Shown: positions 22,023 through 32,625 of the stretch, piece after piece
How the letters are laid out: the number at the start of each line of letters is the position of its first letter
How positions within the stretch are numbered: the stretch's first letter is position 1
Source: an uncultured Lachnospiraceae bacterium
GTDB lineage: Bacteria; Bacillota; Clostridia; Lachnospirales; Lachnospiraceae
Reading direction: 5' to 3'
DNA length: 64,000 nucleotides
Assembly: GCA_947173495.1 (NCBI GenBank)
Contig: CAMWFQ010000017.1
Span: 19,018-83,017 of the forward strand
Notes under the pieces: model-generated
Told to the model about the DNA's origin: nothing
What the model saw: only the letters and a program-made list of their open reading frames with translations
Databases searched by the model: none
Program-made: the position numbers and the translations under genes

Positions 22023-22923
22023 TTATGTATGGCGGTCTGCTTCGGGATGCATCAAATGTTCGCCATAGATATTCCCCCAGTATTCCTAATGTCAGCATAA
22101 TCACCCCGAAGCTGAACAGATTAAACATAAACAGAGTTGTCCATCCGTTCACTTCAATCAAGCCGGAAAGCTTAAAGATCAAAACCAGTACAGCCCAGAT
22201 CAGTGAGCCGAAAAATGATACTGCTCCAATCACCAGGACCGCTTTTATGGGAAATGTTGAAAAGCTGAACAATGTATCGGCAACCAGCCTGATCTTTTTT
22301 CTTAAGGTCCATTTACTGGATCCGATTTCCCTGGCAAGCCTGGTATAATATACATAGTCAGTCTTGAAGCCGCTCCACAATATCTGTCCTGTCAAAGCGC
22401 TGTTTTTTTCGTCCAGGGCTGTCAACACATTAATAACCTTTCTGTCAACTAAATACACGTCAAAACCGGTTTTAGGCATTGAGGGCAGAGATGTTTTCCT
22501 TACCATCTCATAATACAGATTAGCAAACAGCGTCTGCTGCCTGCCTTCATCCCTCCCGTTGCGAACCGCCAGAACAACATTGTTTCCCTTCCTCCAGCTC
22601 TCTACCATTTCATGCAGTATCTCTGTCGGCTCCTGCAAGTCAGCCGCCTTAACTACTGCGCAGTCCCCTGTGCAGTTGCTCAGACCGCATAAAATTGCCG
22701 CATGAGAACCAAAGTTTCTGGAAAGCCTGATAATCTTTATATGACGGTCCCTCTCCGCCAGCCCCTGCATCACAGCATAACTGTCATCCCTTGAACCATC
22801 ATCCACCATTACAATCTCATATTCATAATCTATCTTCTCAATAAACTTTTCTCTGATATCGTCATACAAGGGGTTAAGATTACCTTCATTATAATAGACC
22901 GGAATTACTATTGAAACTTTCAC
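21994..22923 (-). CDS. GtrB-like polyprenyl-phosphate glycosyltransferase (GT2)
   Basis: VDDGSRD, LSRNFGSH, ADLQEP, two C-terminal TMs, GEYLWR..RPPYII. Confidence 0.85.
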   Translation of the reverse strand: MKVSIVIPVYYNEGNLNPLYDDIREKFIEKIDYEYEIVMVDDGSRDDSYAVMQGLAERDRHIKIIRLSRNFGSHAAILCGLSNCTGDCAVVKAADLQEPTEILHEMVESWRKGNNVVLAVRNGRDEGRQQTLFANLYYEMVRKTSLPSMPKTGFDVYLVDRKVINVLTALDEKNSALTGQILWSGFKTDYVYYTRLAREIGSSKWTLRKKIRLVADTLFSFSTFPIKAVLVIGAVSFFGSLIWAVLVLIFKLSGLIEVNGWTTLFMFNLFSFGVIMLTLGILGEYLWRTFDASRSRPPYIIENENEMER

Positions 22924-23339
22924 ACCTGCCCTCCTGTTATTTCTTTCACATACTCATCATAATCTCTGATATACTCTGTGGGATCATAATGCTCGCTTGC
23001 CAGACAAATTAAAATGGAGTCCTCGCTGAAATCATACATATCTTTCCACACCATCCTCGGAAGATAAATTCCCGTATGCGGCCTGTCTAACGAATAAACC
23101 GCCTCATTTCCTCTTCCATCCTTTACTTTCACTTTGCTTTTCCCGGCTATGTTGATCAAAACGAATTCTGTCTTACGATTTGCATGCTGTCCCCTGATTA
23201 CTTCCGTATTGGAATCATAGATATAAAAAATACGCTTAATATCAAATGGTATGTCCTGCATACCTTCCACCACCACCAGACGCCCTCTTTCGTCTCCCCT
23301 CTGTGGAAACTCCAGCATTCTTATATTGCGATTAATCAT
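22920..23339 (-). CDS. FdtA/QdtA cupin sugar 3,4-ketoisomerase
   Basis: GDERGRL, KRIFYIY, RGQHAN, LASEHYD..EYIRDY; start moved to MINRN (RBS GGGAG). Confidence 0.9.
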   Translation of the reverse strand: MINRNIRMLEFPQRGDERGRLVVVEGMQDIPFDIKRIFYIYDSNTEVIRGQHANRKTEFVLINIAGKSKVKVKDGRGNEAVYSLDRPHTGIYLPRMVWKDMYDFSEDSILICLASEHYDPTEYIRDYDEYVKEITGGQV

Positions 23340-23355
23340 ACCCACTCTCCCCAGA

Positions 23356-24816
23356 TTAAAAATTAAAATACAAAAACGTTGATACACCTGCAAATGATAC
23401 AATTGACCATACCATTAACCCTGCTGTCAACAATGCTTTTCTCAAGGTTGGTTTAAAATTCTCTTCCGACAGGTTTTTCAGATTCAGGCAGATAAACAAC
23501 GCTCCCAGCAGACAAAACCACATATAAATACCATAAACCTTGTCCCTTAGATTTGCAAGTGGTTTGACCAAATCAACAAGGAAATCGATTTCCGGCAATA
23601 TAAAACTGTCGCACAACTCTCTGCTGATTGTAAATGACTCCATTTTTAACATTTGCTTTAAGAGCATAACCGCCTGCTTTACATTCTCGGCCCGGAAAAG
23701 CAGCCACATTACATTTACAAAGGCAAACGTACACAGCCATTGAAATGCCTGATGACATTTTTCCCAGCTTGTTGCAAAAATCCGATTCAAAACCTGTGCC
23801 AGTCCATGGCACAGTCCCCAGATAACAAACGTCCAGTTTGCTCCATGCCAGAGCCCGCTGATCAGAAAAACAATCATTATATTGATATACGTACGAATCT
23901 TTCCCTTCCTGCTTCCACCCAAAGGGAAATATATATAGTTGCGCAGAAATCTGGTCAGCGTCATATGCCATCGTTTCCAAAATTCTATAATAGAACAGGA
24001 TTGATATGGCGAATTAAAGTTGGCCGGGAGCTCTATATGAAACATTTTCCCAATTCCCATCGCCATATCACAATAACCGCTGAAATCAAAATAAATTTGA
24101 AACGTATACGACAACATTACAATCATGATTTCCAGGGAAGTCATCATATCCGTATTGGACCAGCCCCAGGTAACTGCTTTGCCAAAAGTATCTGCAATTA
24201 TCACCTTCTTAAAAAGGCCTACTGCAAATCTGTAAATTCCGTTTGAAAAACTTTCATGATCGAAATAATGCCTCTTTTCATCTCTGAACTGCGGAATGAT
24301 TTCACTGTGCAGTACGATCGGTCCCGCCACCAGCTGCGGGAAAAAGGAGACGAAAGCCGCATATTCAATAAAACAGTAATCTTTTGTTTCTCCCCGCTCA
24401 GTATCTACCAGATAAGAAATCTGCTGAAATGTAAAAAAACTGATTCCCAGGGGCAGAATAATATTACGCAATTCGAAATCTGTTCCAAAAAGTACATTAA
24501 AGTTTCCTATAAAAAAATCAAAATATTTAAAGTAAAAGATACTTCCCACATTTAAAAGTATTCCGGAAAACAAAACAATTTTCCTGAACCTGTATTTTTT
24601 AATCCTGTTCAACAGACAGGCAATTCCCCAGTTGCACAAAATACTGATTCCCAGAAGCAATACATACGTTACATTATTATAAGCATAAAAAAGAAATGAC
24701 ATTAAAGCCAGCTCAAGCAGGGCTGCCCTATGCCATTTGTAGTGATTTAATATAAAATACCCGGACACCGATAAGGGTAAAAACAGAAATACAAATAAAT
24801 AGGAATTAAACAGCAT
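23356..24816 (-). CDS. MBOAT family O-acyltransferase
   Basis: LPLGISFFTFQQISY, FFPQLVAGPIV, DFSGY, NFNSPY, FWKRWH, SGLWHGA. Confidence 0.92.
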   Translation of the reverse strand: MLFNSYLFVFLFLPLSVSGYFILNHYKWHRAALLELALMSFLFYAYNNVTYVLLLGISILCNWGIACLLNRIKKYRFRKIVLFSGILLNVGSIFYFKYFDFFIGNFNVLFGTDFELRNIILPLGISFFTFQQISYLVDTERGETKDYCFIEYAAFVSFFPQLVAGPIVLHSEIIPQFRDEKRHYFDHESFSNGIYRFAVGLFKKVIIADTFGKAVTWGWSNTDMMTSLEIMIVMLSYTFQIYFDFSGYCDMAMGIGKMFHIELPANFNSPYQSCSIIEFWKRWHMTLTRFLRNYIYFPLGGSRKGKIRTYINIMIVFLISGLWHGANWTFVIWGLCHGLAQVLNRIFATSWEKCHQAFQWLCTFAFVNVMWLLFRAENVKQAVMLLKQMLKMESFTISRELCDSFILPEIDFLVDLVKPLANLRDKVYGIYMWFCLLGALFICLNLKNLSEENFKPTLRKALLTAGLMVWSIVSFAGVSTFLYFNF

Positions 24817-24836
24817 CTCTTTCCTCTTTCATACTT

Positions 24837-25946
24837 TCATTCACCAGTGGTTTCATAATCAAAAATACTGTCATAATCATAATGCGTATAAAACTCTCTG
24901 ATTTCCTTCAGGTATTCCCGGTAATTATTTTCCGTTATCAGATACGACTCGTCTTCTTCCGCCATCCGGCGCAGTATTCCGGAATTAACTTCCTCACTGT
25001 AGTGAACATAATCCTTATAATTATTCAAATCGCATATCATTTCATAATCATTCCAGAATGCAAATAATCGTACATTTTCATATTTCATCAGTTCTTTCAT
25101 CGCTGTCTGCATTGCCTCAATATAATAATTGATCAGGCCATTCCTCTCTGCATTATCCCACCAGCATATGCTGTATGGCGGAATAAAACAGTAAAATTCA
25201 ACATCCGGATTTTCTTTTACTGTTGCCGACACATTCTGCTTCACGTTTTCCAAAGTCATTTTCCGCTCTTCATCAGTCATTTCTCTCTGGAAATCTGCCT
25301 TTCCATCCTGCCGTCTGTAATCCGCCAATACCGCCTCTTTTCCAAATACATTCCACCCATACCAGGAATACTCCTCATCAAAAACAATTTCATTGTCTTT
25401 GGATGGCTCTTTCAGAATTTCCAAACCTTTCAACAAAATCGTTTTATTAAAGAGGTATTCCGCATCATTAAAAGGATTCTCATCAATTAAATACCATGGA
25501 TAACGGAATCCCTGATCTGCAATCCCATGAAACGGCGCATCCTTATCCGCTGCCAGAGAATTCAAATCCAATCCCCATACCACCAGTCTGATATCAGGAT
25601 TGCTTCCCAGCGCTACCGCCAGATTATCATTTATCTCCTTATAGCCCGCTCCCGAAAAAGGCACCTTAACTGCCTTTACATGAAACAGATCATTTACCTC
25701 ACTCGCCTTAAAATTTTCAGTCATAGATGTACCGGTGATCACTGCGTCATATGTAAAATTTCTCACAATTCCATTATTCTGATAACGCTCATCTGCAATC
25801 AGCCAGGAATAGGCGTAGCCTTCAAGAGGAGCATGATAATGAAAAAAAGGATCGATCACTGCAATGGTCAGCGCAAATAATGCCAGCATTATCATGGTCC
25901 CTGCTATTACAGTAATATTAAATCTTTTAGATTCTCCGCTTTTCAT
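24837..25946 (-). CDS. SGNH/GDSL-like extracytoplasmic partner of MBOAT
   Basis: N-terminal TM, ITGTSM (block I), YKDYVHY (DxxH); adjacent to MBOAT. Confidence 0.7.
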   Translation of the reverse strand: MKSGESKRFNITVIAGTMIMLALFALTIAVIDPFFHYHAPLEGYAYSWLIADERYQNNGIVRNFTYDAVITGTSMTENFKASEVNDLFHVKAVKVPFSGAGYKEINDNLAVALGSNPDIRLVVWGLDLNSLAADKDAPFHGIADQGFRYPWYLIDENPFNDAEYLFNKTILLKGLEILKEPSKDNEIVFDEEYSWYGWNVFGKEAVLADYRRQDGKADFQREMTDEERKMTLENVKQNVSATVKENPDVEFYCFIPPYSICWWDNAERNGLINYYIEAMQTAMKELMKYENVRLFAFWNDYEMICDLNNYKDYVHYSEEVNSGILRRMAEEDESYLITENNYREYLKEIREFYTHYDYDSIFDYETTGE

Positions 25947-25976
25947 ATATCTCTTTACTTTCCTTCAAAATCATAA

Positions 25977-27353
25977 TCAACTGAAAAAGATACTGTAACT
26001 GCTTTCTGAGACAAGCATATTTGACCACAGCGATATTAACAACAGCCCAATCAGAACAAAAAGAACCAATATCTTTGCATAATTTACATGTATATACTCT
26101 TTTAATTTTCCCCAGTCCGTATGATATCCAAGAACCCCTGTTGCCACTAAATACAAAGGAGCAAAAAATCTCGTTTCCACAGCTCCCGGCAATATAAACA
26201 GAACAGGGATCAACAGTGCAAAATAGTTAAGCCAGACGTTGGTAAATTTCATACATCTGTTTAGAAGTACCATGCCAAAAGAGAAAAACAATACATATGC
26301 CAGAAGTGCCGGAACCAGTTTTTGATTATCCAGATCCACCACATACTGTTCCGGCCAGCAGGGAAGCAGCATATTAACCAAATGTCTGACATAAATTCCT
26401 GCCATTTCCACAGGATGCTTCCAGATAAATCCAAAAAAATCGCTCCAGGACGAGAACTCAATGATTTCTGTTCTTTCCACCAGCGCTCTCCCTACCGCAT
26501 CTGTGAAAACTGTCTGCGGCATGGGATGCTGTTCCATTTGTTTTGTACCAATATATGTATCATATCTCTGGGTCTGAAGCCCCCAATAGAGCTGCTTGAG
26601 CATCAGACCTGATGTTGGCACTTTCATACTGAGAATTCCCAGATTATGATAATTCATATACCCCTGAGGCGCCCCCCCCAACAGGCCTCCGGCAAGCGCT
26701 CCAAGCACTGCTGTCATCTTACTGACAATACTTTTGCCCGATCGATACAAATGCCAGATAAATAACAGTACTAGATAAATACCCGGGAACAAATAAATCG
26801 TTCTGACATTATAGACCACATATACCACTGCACCAAACAAAACGCTAAGGCCGGCTCCATAAAGCCATCTGCTCTCTCCTCTGACCCTGTTTTCAAGGAG
26901 CACCGCTGTTCCACAAAGCAGCATCGCCATAAAATCTGACAAAGAATATACTTCCAGTCCCCAGAAAAAAAAGCTGAAAATCAAAAAACATAAAAAAGAG
27001 GTGATCGCTTCCCTCCATCCTTCGCCCTTTTCAGATCTTTGAAGATCGGGAAAAATAAACGTAAAAAATAACGAAACCAATAGTGCATTGACTATTTTAT
27101 AGCAGGTTTCCCCTCCTATTTTATTACAGATTCCCAAATAAAGCGGAAATACATATCCCCTGAATCCATCCTTCATATTCAACAGTGAAAACGACTGCTC
27201 CTCATCCCACAAACTGACCCCTCTGTTCCAATAATTTCCTGCATCATAGAGGCGAACCAGTTCTATCCGGCTGTAAATCAGCATCATTGCTATAAAAATC
27301 AAAATAAAGCCGAAGAATCTTTTATTCTTTTTTTCATCTTTTAGCATCTTCAT
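25977..27353 (-). CDS. Multi-TM membrane protein, possible GT-C
   Basis: About 458 aa, YDAGNYW loop after TM1; contains an in-frame G8 tract. Confidence 0.5.
   Translation of the reverse strand: MKMLKDEKKNKRFFGFILIFIAMMLIYSRIELVRLYDAGNYWNRGVSLWDEEQSFSLLNMKDGFRGYVFPLYLGICNKIGGETCYKIVNALLVSLFFTFIFPDLQRSEKGEGWREAITSFLCFLIFSFFFWGLEVYSLSDFMAMLLCGTAVLLENRVRGESRWLYGAGLSVLFGAVVYVVYNVRTIYLFPGIYLVLLFIWHLYRSGKSIVSKMTAVLGALAGGLLGGAPQGYMNYHNLGILSMKVPTSGLMLKQLYWGLQTQRYDTYIGTKQMEQHPMPQTVFTDAVGRALVERTEIIEFSSWSDFFGFIWKHPVEMAGIYVRHLVNMLLPCWPEQYVVDLDNQKLVPALLAYVLFFSFGMVLLNRCMKFTNVWLNYFALLIPVLFILPGAVETRFFAPLYLVATGVLGYHTDWGKLKEYIHVNYAKILVLFVLIGLLLISLWSNMLVSESSYSIFFS
26672..26679 (-). repeat. G8 tract (in frame) in a membrane protein gene
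   Basis: C8 on the plus strand, within codons for LGGA. Confidence 0.8.
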
Positions 27354-27354
27354 G

Positions 27355-29199
27355 TTATTTTTCCTCACATATCGGGAATCCGCTGATATCATAAATTACA
27401 ATGTTATATCCCGTACTCCCGCCCGCCAATAACTTCTCTGCCAGCTGAATATTGGAGTAAATCAGCTTAAGATCTATCCAACTGTGCTCTCTTTCTGAAA
27501 CCAATACTCCTGCTCCGCCAAACACATCCGGCACAATGCTTTCAAACGTCTTGACAACCGGACAATGTTCCTCTAATGTCAGATGCGCCTGAGAATCCCC
27601 CAACTTTGTATTGACGATCACAAAATCTGCTTCCCGTGTTTTATATATCTGATCTCTCTTTACCAGTACATCTGTCAGGTCATCTGGCTGAATTGTTCCC
27701 TTTTTGCTGATCCACCCTCCGGGAACAAACCCGGTATAATACTCTGACAGGCTGTTGTCCGGCGTGATTCCATTGGCATCGCAAAAATCTTCCTGGATCA
27801 GCCTTGTGTCCTGTCCGCTTCTTACCGCAACAATTACTTCTATCAAGCTGCCGGTACCCAGGTCCAAGGCTAAGATCAAAGTCATTAATACCCCCAGCAC
27901 CTTTACCCACAAGTACCTGCAGCGAACACAGAGCCAGACCCCCATACCTGCCAGTAACAAAAGATCCAGATAGAATTCCAGTCCCCATCTGAAAAACCCC
28001 CTGTTCATGAAACAGAGCACCAACAGCTTCAGAACTCCCAACAGGAAAATAATATATTGTCTGCAAAAATTTCTGACAAAATAAGCGCCTCCTATTATCA
28101 GCAAAATGATGAAGATCATTCCGGCAATATGAAGGAAACTCTGATCTACATACTGCTTTAACTGTAAAAAATACGGAGGTCTCTCTCCTCCATCATATAC
28201 GGCAATATTAATAAACCCGTCCACAATAGCGGTCTTAAAGTGCTGTACCATATTGGGTGCAAAAATCCCCAGATTTATCACATAGCACAGCAGGGCGAAC
28301 AGGCCTTTTCTGATCACCTCACTGATATGTTTACTGTTCAGAAGAATCACCAGCGCAATATATGCACATCCGATTGCACCATGCCATTTCTCCAGTGTTG
28401 CCAGCGCCGATGCCATGGACATAAAATAAATAAAGCACTTCCTCTTCTCTTCCATGTAGCGCAGGCTGAACAACAGCAAAAGAGTTAAAAAGAAAAATGC
28501 CGTTATATCCCCCGTGACCTGCTTGGCCATCAATATATATGTGGGATACAGCGCAGAAAGCAGGCATGCAATCACCCCCAAATGCTTCTTCAGATAATTT
28601 CCAATGAGAAACACCAGAAGAACTGATCCGAGGCCAAAGGCGGCAACGACATATCTGTTAATAAAATAAGCCTGTATCATTTCATATGTGACAGGCGTCG
28701 CTGTCAGCCTGCTGTAGACATAAGTAATGACAGCAGCAATCTTGGAAGTAAACTGATTGGGATAATAGAAAGAGGAAGAATACAGGTGACGTCCCTGTGC
28801 CATTTCAATTGCAGATCCTACCAGCTTACACTCATCAGGCTGGAAAATACTTGTCCCGCCCCAATTGCATCCGGCAAATCTCAGAACCCCGCCTGCAGCT
28901 AATATAACCATTAATAAGATGATGTCTAATCTGTTAATATGATATCTTGCATGGAATCTATGAATATACGCTCCAAGTGAATAGTCATCCGCCCATTTCC
29001 TGATGTCAGTCAGGCGGAATATCAGACAGGATATCAGCCTTGCTGCCAACATTGTTGTTCCAAAGTATAAAAGCCTCCCTTTCATTCCCTTCTCAAAACA
29101 AAAACGCCCTATGTCTGTAGAACCAAAGAAGTAGGCGAGAATCAAAAAAAGTGTTATGTCTGCCATTATAAAAACTGTTTTTTGCTTATATGACTTCAC
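27355..29199 (-). CDS. GT39/ArnT-like glycosyltransferase
   Basis: WGGTSIFQPDE motif, multi-TM; GTG start with RBS. Confidence 0.75.
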   Translation of the reverse strand: MKSYKQKTVFIMADITLFLILAYFFGSTDIGRFCFEKGMKGRLLYFGTTMLAARLISCLIFRLTDIRKWADDYSLGAYIHRFHARYHINRLDIILLMVILAAGGVLRFAGCNWGGTSIFQPDECKLVGSAIEMAQGRHLYSSSFYYPNQFTSKIAAVITYVYSRLTATPVTYEMIQAYFINRYVVAAFGLGSVLLVFLIGNYLKKHLGVIACLLSALYPTYILMAKQVTGDITAFFFLTLLLLFSLRYMEEKRKCFIYFMSMASALATLEKWHGAIGCAYIALVILLNSKHISEVIRKGLFALLCYVINLGIFAPNMVQHFKTAIVDGFINIAVYDGGERPPYFLQLKQYVDQSFLHIAGMIFIILLIIGGAYFVRNFCRQYIIFLLGVLKLLVLCFMNRGFFRWGLEFYLDLLLLAGMGVWLCVRCRYLWVKVLGVLMTLILALDLGTGSLIEVIVAVRSGQDTRLIQEDFCDANGITPDNSLSEYYTGFVPGGWISKKGTIQPDDLTDVLVKRDQIYKTREADFVIVNTKLGDSQAHLTLEEHCPVVKTFESIVPDVFGGAGVLVSEREHSWIDLKLIYSNIQLAEKLLAGGSTGYNIVIYDISGFPICEEK

Positions 29200-29401
29200 A
29201 GCTTTGTAATTCCTTCCCTCACGAAAAAGGCAGCCTTAATTGACTACCTTCTCTTTTCCTGCTTATTTAGATCTTCCCTGTAAAACCAGCCAATGTTATA
29301 TTCTGAATAATCTCTACAATAATATAAATAAAGATAGCATATACCTCTAAAAATGTAAAGAATATTTTTCCATATCCAGCGCACCCAAGTCCAAAAAAAT
29401 A

Positions 29402-29430
29402 TTGACAAAGCTTACCCTTGTGTATATCAT
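29402..29430 (+). promoter_or_regulatory. SigA-type promoter upstream of MBOAT
   Basis: TTGACA-17 nt-TATCAT, 47 nt before ATG 29478. Confidence 0.65.
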
Positions 29431-29477
29431 TATTTTGGCTATATAGTTTCTAATAAAGTTCTGTAGAGGACAAATAA

Positions 29478-30974
29478 ATGCTTTTCAACTCATTACAATT
29501 TTTATGTTTTTTTCCTATAGTGGTATTCATTTATTTTCTTATTCCCCATAAACTTAAAAATTACTGGCTGCTCCTGGCAAGTTATTATTTTTATATGTGT
29601 TGGAACGCTAAATATGTTGTACTGATTTTGTTTACAACAATCATTACATATGTAAGCGGTCTGTTGTTAGAACGGGTAAATCAGAGAGTTCATTCGGAGA
29701 GAAGGAAAGGATTGCTCAAACAATCTATTGTTTCCTTAAGTCTTCTGACAAACCTTTCACTCCTTCTATACTTTAAATACTTCAACTTCATAATAAATAT
29801 CCTTGCCAACCTGCTAAGCCGCATCCATATTCAGCTTCATTTTCAGGAATTTGACATCCTTTTGCCTGTAGGCATTTCATTTTATACATTTCAGGCCCTT
29901 TCTTATACAATGGATGTGTATCGGAAAGAAATTCCCGCGGAAAAGAATTTTTTCCAATATGCACTGTTTGTCTCCTTTTTCCCACAACTAGTCGCCGGCC
30001 CTATCGAGCGATCCAAAAACTTGTTATGTCAGTTAACTCTGCCAAAAAAATTTGATTATAAAAAGGCCAAAGAGGGGCTTTGGCTGATGTTATGGGGGTT
30101 CTTTCTTAAGCTTGTACTGGCTGACAGAATTGCATTATTCGTTGATACAGTCTATGGCAATTATACTGACTATGCCGGAGGGTATCTGATTACTGCAACC
30201 ATTCTTTTTGCTGTTCAGATTTACTGCGATTTTTATGGCTATTCCATTATTGCCATTGCAGCAGCCAAAATTCTCGGAATTGATTTAATGGAAAATTTTG
30301 ATGCGCCATACCTTTCCACTTCCGTAGCCGGCTTCTGGCGTAAATGGCATATATCCCTTACCTCATGGTTCAAAGACTATTTGTATATTCCATTGGGCGG
30401 CAGCAGAAAAGGCCGACTTCGTAAATATTTTAACAAATTATTTGTTTTCCTGCTTAGCGGTCTATGGCATGGCGCTTCATTTTCCTTTGTTATGTGGGGA
30501 GGTCTGAACGGTTTTTATCAGATTATTGGGGAAATATTGCAGCCTGTAAGAAATACGGCAACTGCCATCCTTCATCTGAACAGAAATTCTTTAGCTCACA
30601 AAATTATACATGTTATCGGAACATTTCTTCTGGTAGACTTTGCATGGATTTTCTTCCGTGCAAGCAGTTTTAAAGTATCTCTTGAAATAATTAAAAACAT
30701 GTTCAGCGTTCACAATCCATGGATATTTTTTGATGGTTCTATTTATAATTGCGGCCTGGACAGTAAAAATTTTGGTCTTCTACTGATCTGCTTATGTATC
30801 CTTTTGTTTGCAGATTACTGTAAACATAAAAATATTAAAATCCATGAAATCATTGTCCAACAGGATTACTGGTTCCAATTATTGTTTATGACTTTCTCTA
30901 TTTTCTTTATTCTCACATTTGGAATATGGGGACCGGGATATGACGAAACAAATTTTATTTATTTTCAATTTTAA
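29478..30974 (+). CDS. MBOAT family O-acyltransferase
   Basis: LPVGISFYTFQAL, FFPQLVAGPIER, DFYGY, FWRKWH, SGLWHGA, FIYFQF end. Confidence 0.92.
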   Translation: MLFNSLQFLCFFPIVVFIYFLIPHKLKNYWLLLASYYFYMCWNAKYVVLILFTTIITYVSGLLLERVNQRVHSERRKGLLKQSIVSLSLLTNLSLLLYFKYFNFIINILANLLSRIHIQLHFQEFDILLPVGISFYTFQALSYTMDVYRKEIPAEKNFFQYALFVSFFPQLVAGPIERSKNLLCQLTLPKKFDYKKAKEGLWLMLWGFFLKLVLADRIALFVDTVYGNYTDYAGGYLITATILFAVQIYCDFYGYSIIAIAAAKILGIDLMENFDAPYLSTSVAGFWRKWHISLTSWFKDYLYIPLGGSRKGRLRKYFNKLFVFLLSGLWHGASFSFVMWGGLNGFYQIIGEILQPVRNTATAILHLNRNSLAHKIIHVIGTFLLVDFAWIFFRASSFKVSLEIIKNMFSVHNPWIFFDGSIYNCGLDSKNFGLLLICLCILLFADYCKHKNIKIHEIIVQQDYWFQLLFMTFSIFFILTFGIWGPGYDETNFIYFQF

Positions 30975-30985
30975 AGAGGGATCAA

Positions 30986-31996
30986 ATGACTAGAAAACAG
31001 ACTCTAAATGCCATCATCAGTTTTGTTCTTATAATCAGTATATTGGTTTGTTTGATTTTTTATACTGGCCACCTATTCCGCCCTTTGGATCCTGACAGCT
31101 CAATTGGGGCAATTAATGCTTTCCATTCTATGCCCGAGAATTCCCTTGAGGTGATCGTATATGGTTCAAGCCATGCCTGGGTCGGTTTGAATGTTATGAA
31201 AATGTATGAAAAATACGGAATTGGTATTTATAATTATGGATGTAACCGTCAACGTCTTAACACGACAGCATTATTCTTTCATGACTCTTTGAGGTCACAA
31301 TCTCCAAAGTTAATACTGATTGAGACGTACATGGTAAATAATCTGGCATTTGATATTGATATTTGTGATGAAATTTATTACACCCGGGCCATTCGTCCTT
31401 TTGACGCCAAAAAAAGATATCTAAAGCAATGCTTTGGCGATAATCTGGAAAGATATTTATCTTATTATGTTCCCTTTACAGCCTTTCACAGCAACTGGAA
31501 CAATCTGCAAAAAGCAAGCTTTGAAGAAACGACAGATCAGTTTCAGATCAACTTCTGCCAGACAATGGGATATCTCCCCATAGAAACTGTTGTTCCAATC
31601 GAAATTGCAGATTACAGGACCTATGAGCAGCGCGATATCTCCGATGAATCAAAGGAAATTCTTGATGACATTGTACAAGTGTGTAATGAGAAAAATATCC
31701 AGATACTATTTTATACCGCGCCCTACCAGGGCAGACATCACTATTTTAACGCTATGGCAGATTATGCAGCAGAAAACGGTTGTCAATATATTAACCTCTT
31801 TGAAAAAATGGATGAAATCGGAATCGATGACCAAACAGATTTCTATAATGAAGGGCACCTGAATACCAGCGGTGCTCTCAAAACAGCTGATTATCTTGGG
31901 CAGTATATTATTGATCACTATGAACTTACGGATATGAGGCAAATAGAGGGAAATATATGGGAACAAAATCTCAGGATTCTGGCTGAAGAAGACTGA
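30986..31996 (+). CDS. SGNH/DltD-like partner of MBOAT
   Basis: N-terminal TM, VYGSSHA, FYNEGHLN. Confidence 0.7.
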   Translation: MTRKQTLNAIISFVLIISILVCLIFYTGHLFRPLDPDSSIGAINAFHSMPENSLEVIVYGSSHAWVGLNVMKMYEKYGIGIYNYGCNRQRLNTTALFFHDSLRSQSPKLILIETYMVNNLAFDIDICDEIYYTRAIRPFDAKKRYLKQCFGDNLERYLSYYVPFTAFHSNWNNLQKASFEETTDQFQINFCQTMGYLPIETVVPIEIADYRTYEQRDISDESKEILDDIVQVCNEKNIQILFYTAPYQGRHHYFNAMADYAAENGCQYINLFEKMDEIGIDDQTDFYNEGHLNTSGALKTADYLGQYIIDHYELTDMRQIEGNIWEQNLRILAEED

Positions 31997-32055
31997 TCAA
32001 GCCTTAATGAATATACCTATAAAATTAGTCATTCCTTTTAATTCAGTAGAAAGTA

Positions 32056-32084
32056 TTGTCAAAACAGCCAAAATATATTACACT
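32056..32084 (+). promoter_or_regulatory. Putative SigA promoter of the ImmA/IrrE gene
   Basis: TTGTCA-17 nt-TACACT. Confidence 0.4.
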
Positions 32085-32162
32085 AAATATAGATTTACCT
32101 CTTCTCAAAAATACTATATATAGATTCTATATTGTTTTGGAATGAATCTGGAGGAACATAAG

Positions 32163-32609
32163 ATGTCGCCATTATTATCTCAAAAGAGAAGATTGGCAAT
32201 TCAAAAAAAGGTTGATGAACTTACTAAGAAATACAAAAACGCAACTCCTTTCGAGATTGCCGCTTTTCTTGGTATAGTCTGTAAATTTAAGAATTTACCG
32301 GAAGGCATAAATGCCTATTCCATATATGAAAAATCCATTATATACATCAGCGATCGATTTAAAGAGAACAGCTATTCTGCCAAAATAGTTTGTGCTCACG
32401 AATTAGGACATTTGCTTCTTCAGGCTCATTCCGGTACTTTTGAATATAATTTTACCCTATACCGGAATTCTGCTACGAAGGACGGGATGCTGGAGTATGA
32501 AGCCAATATTTTTGCGGCGCTGCTTATGCCGCAGATCACTCAGGGGAGAGATCCTTTCAGTTATCATCCCGAAAAACTATACCGATGTCTGAATGATAAA
32601 ATTTTTTAA
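32163..32609 (+). CDS. ImmA/IrrE (M78/DUF955) zinc metallopeptidase
   Basis: CAHELGH (HExxH) and EYEANIFAALLMP; RBS GGAGG before ATG 32163. Confidence 0.88.
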   Translation: MSPLLSQKRRLAIQKKVDELTKKYKNATPFEIAAFLGIVCKFKNLPEGINAYSIYEKSIIYISDRFKENSYSAKIVCAHELGHLLLQAHSGTFEYNFTLYRNSATKDGMLEYEANIFAALLMPQITQGRDPFSYHPEKLYRCLNDKIF

Positions 32610-32625
32610 ACGGTATGAGAGAGCA

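Noticed and set aside
30986-31996. N-E-G-H in place of the DxxH motif in the SGNH partner
   Set aside because: Single substitution; without an alignment I cannot say it is unusual
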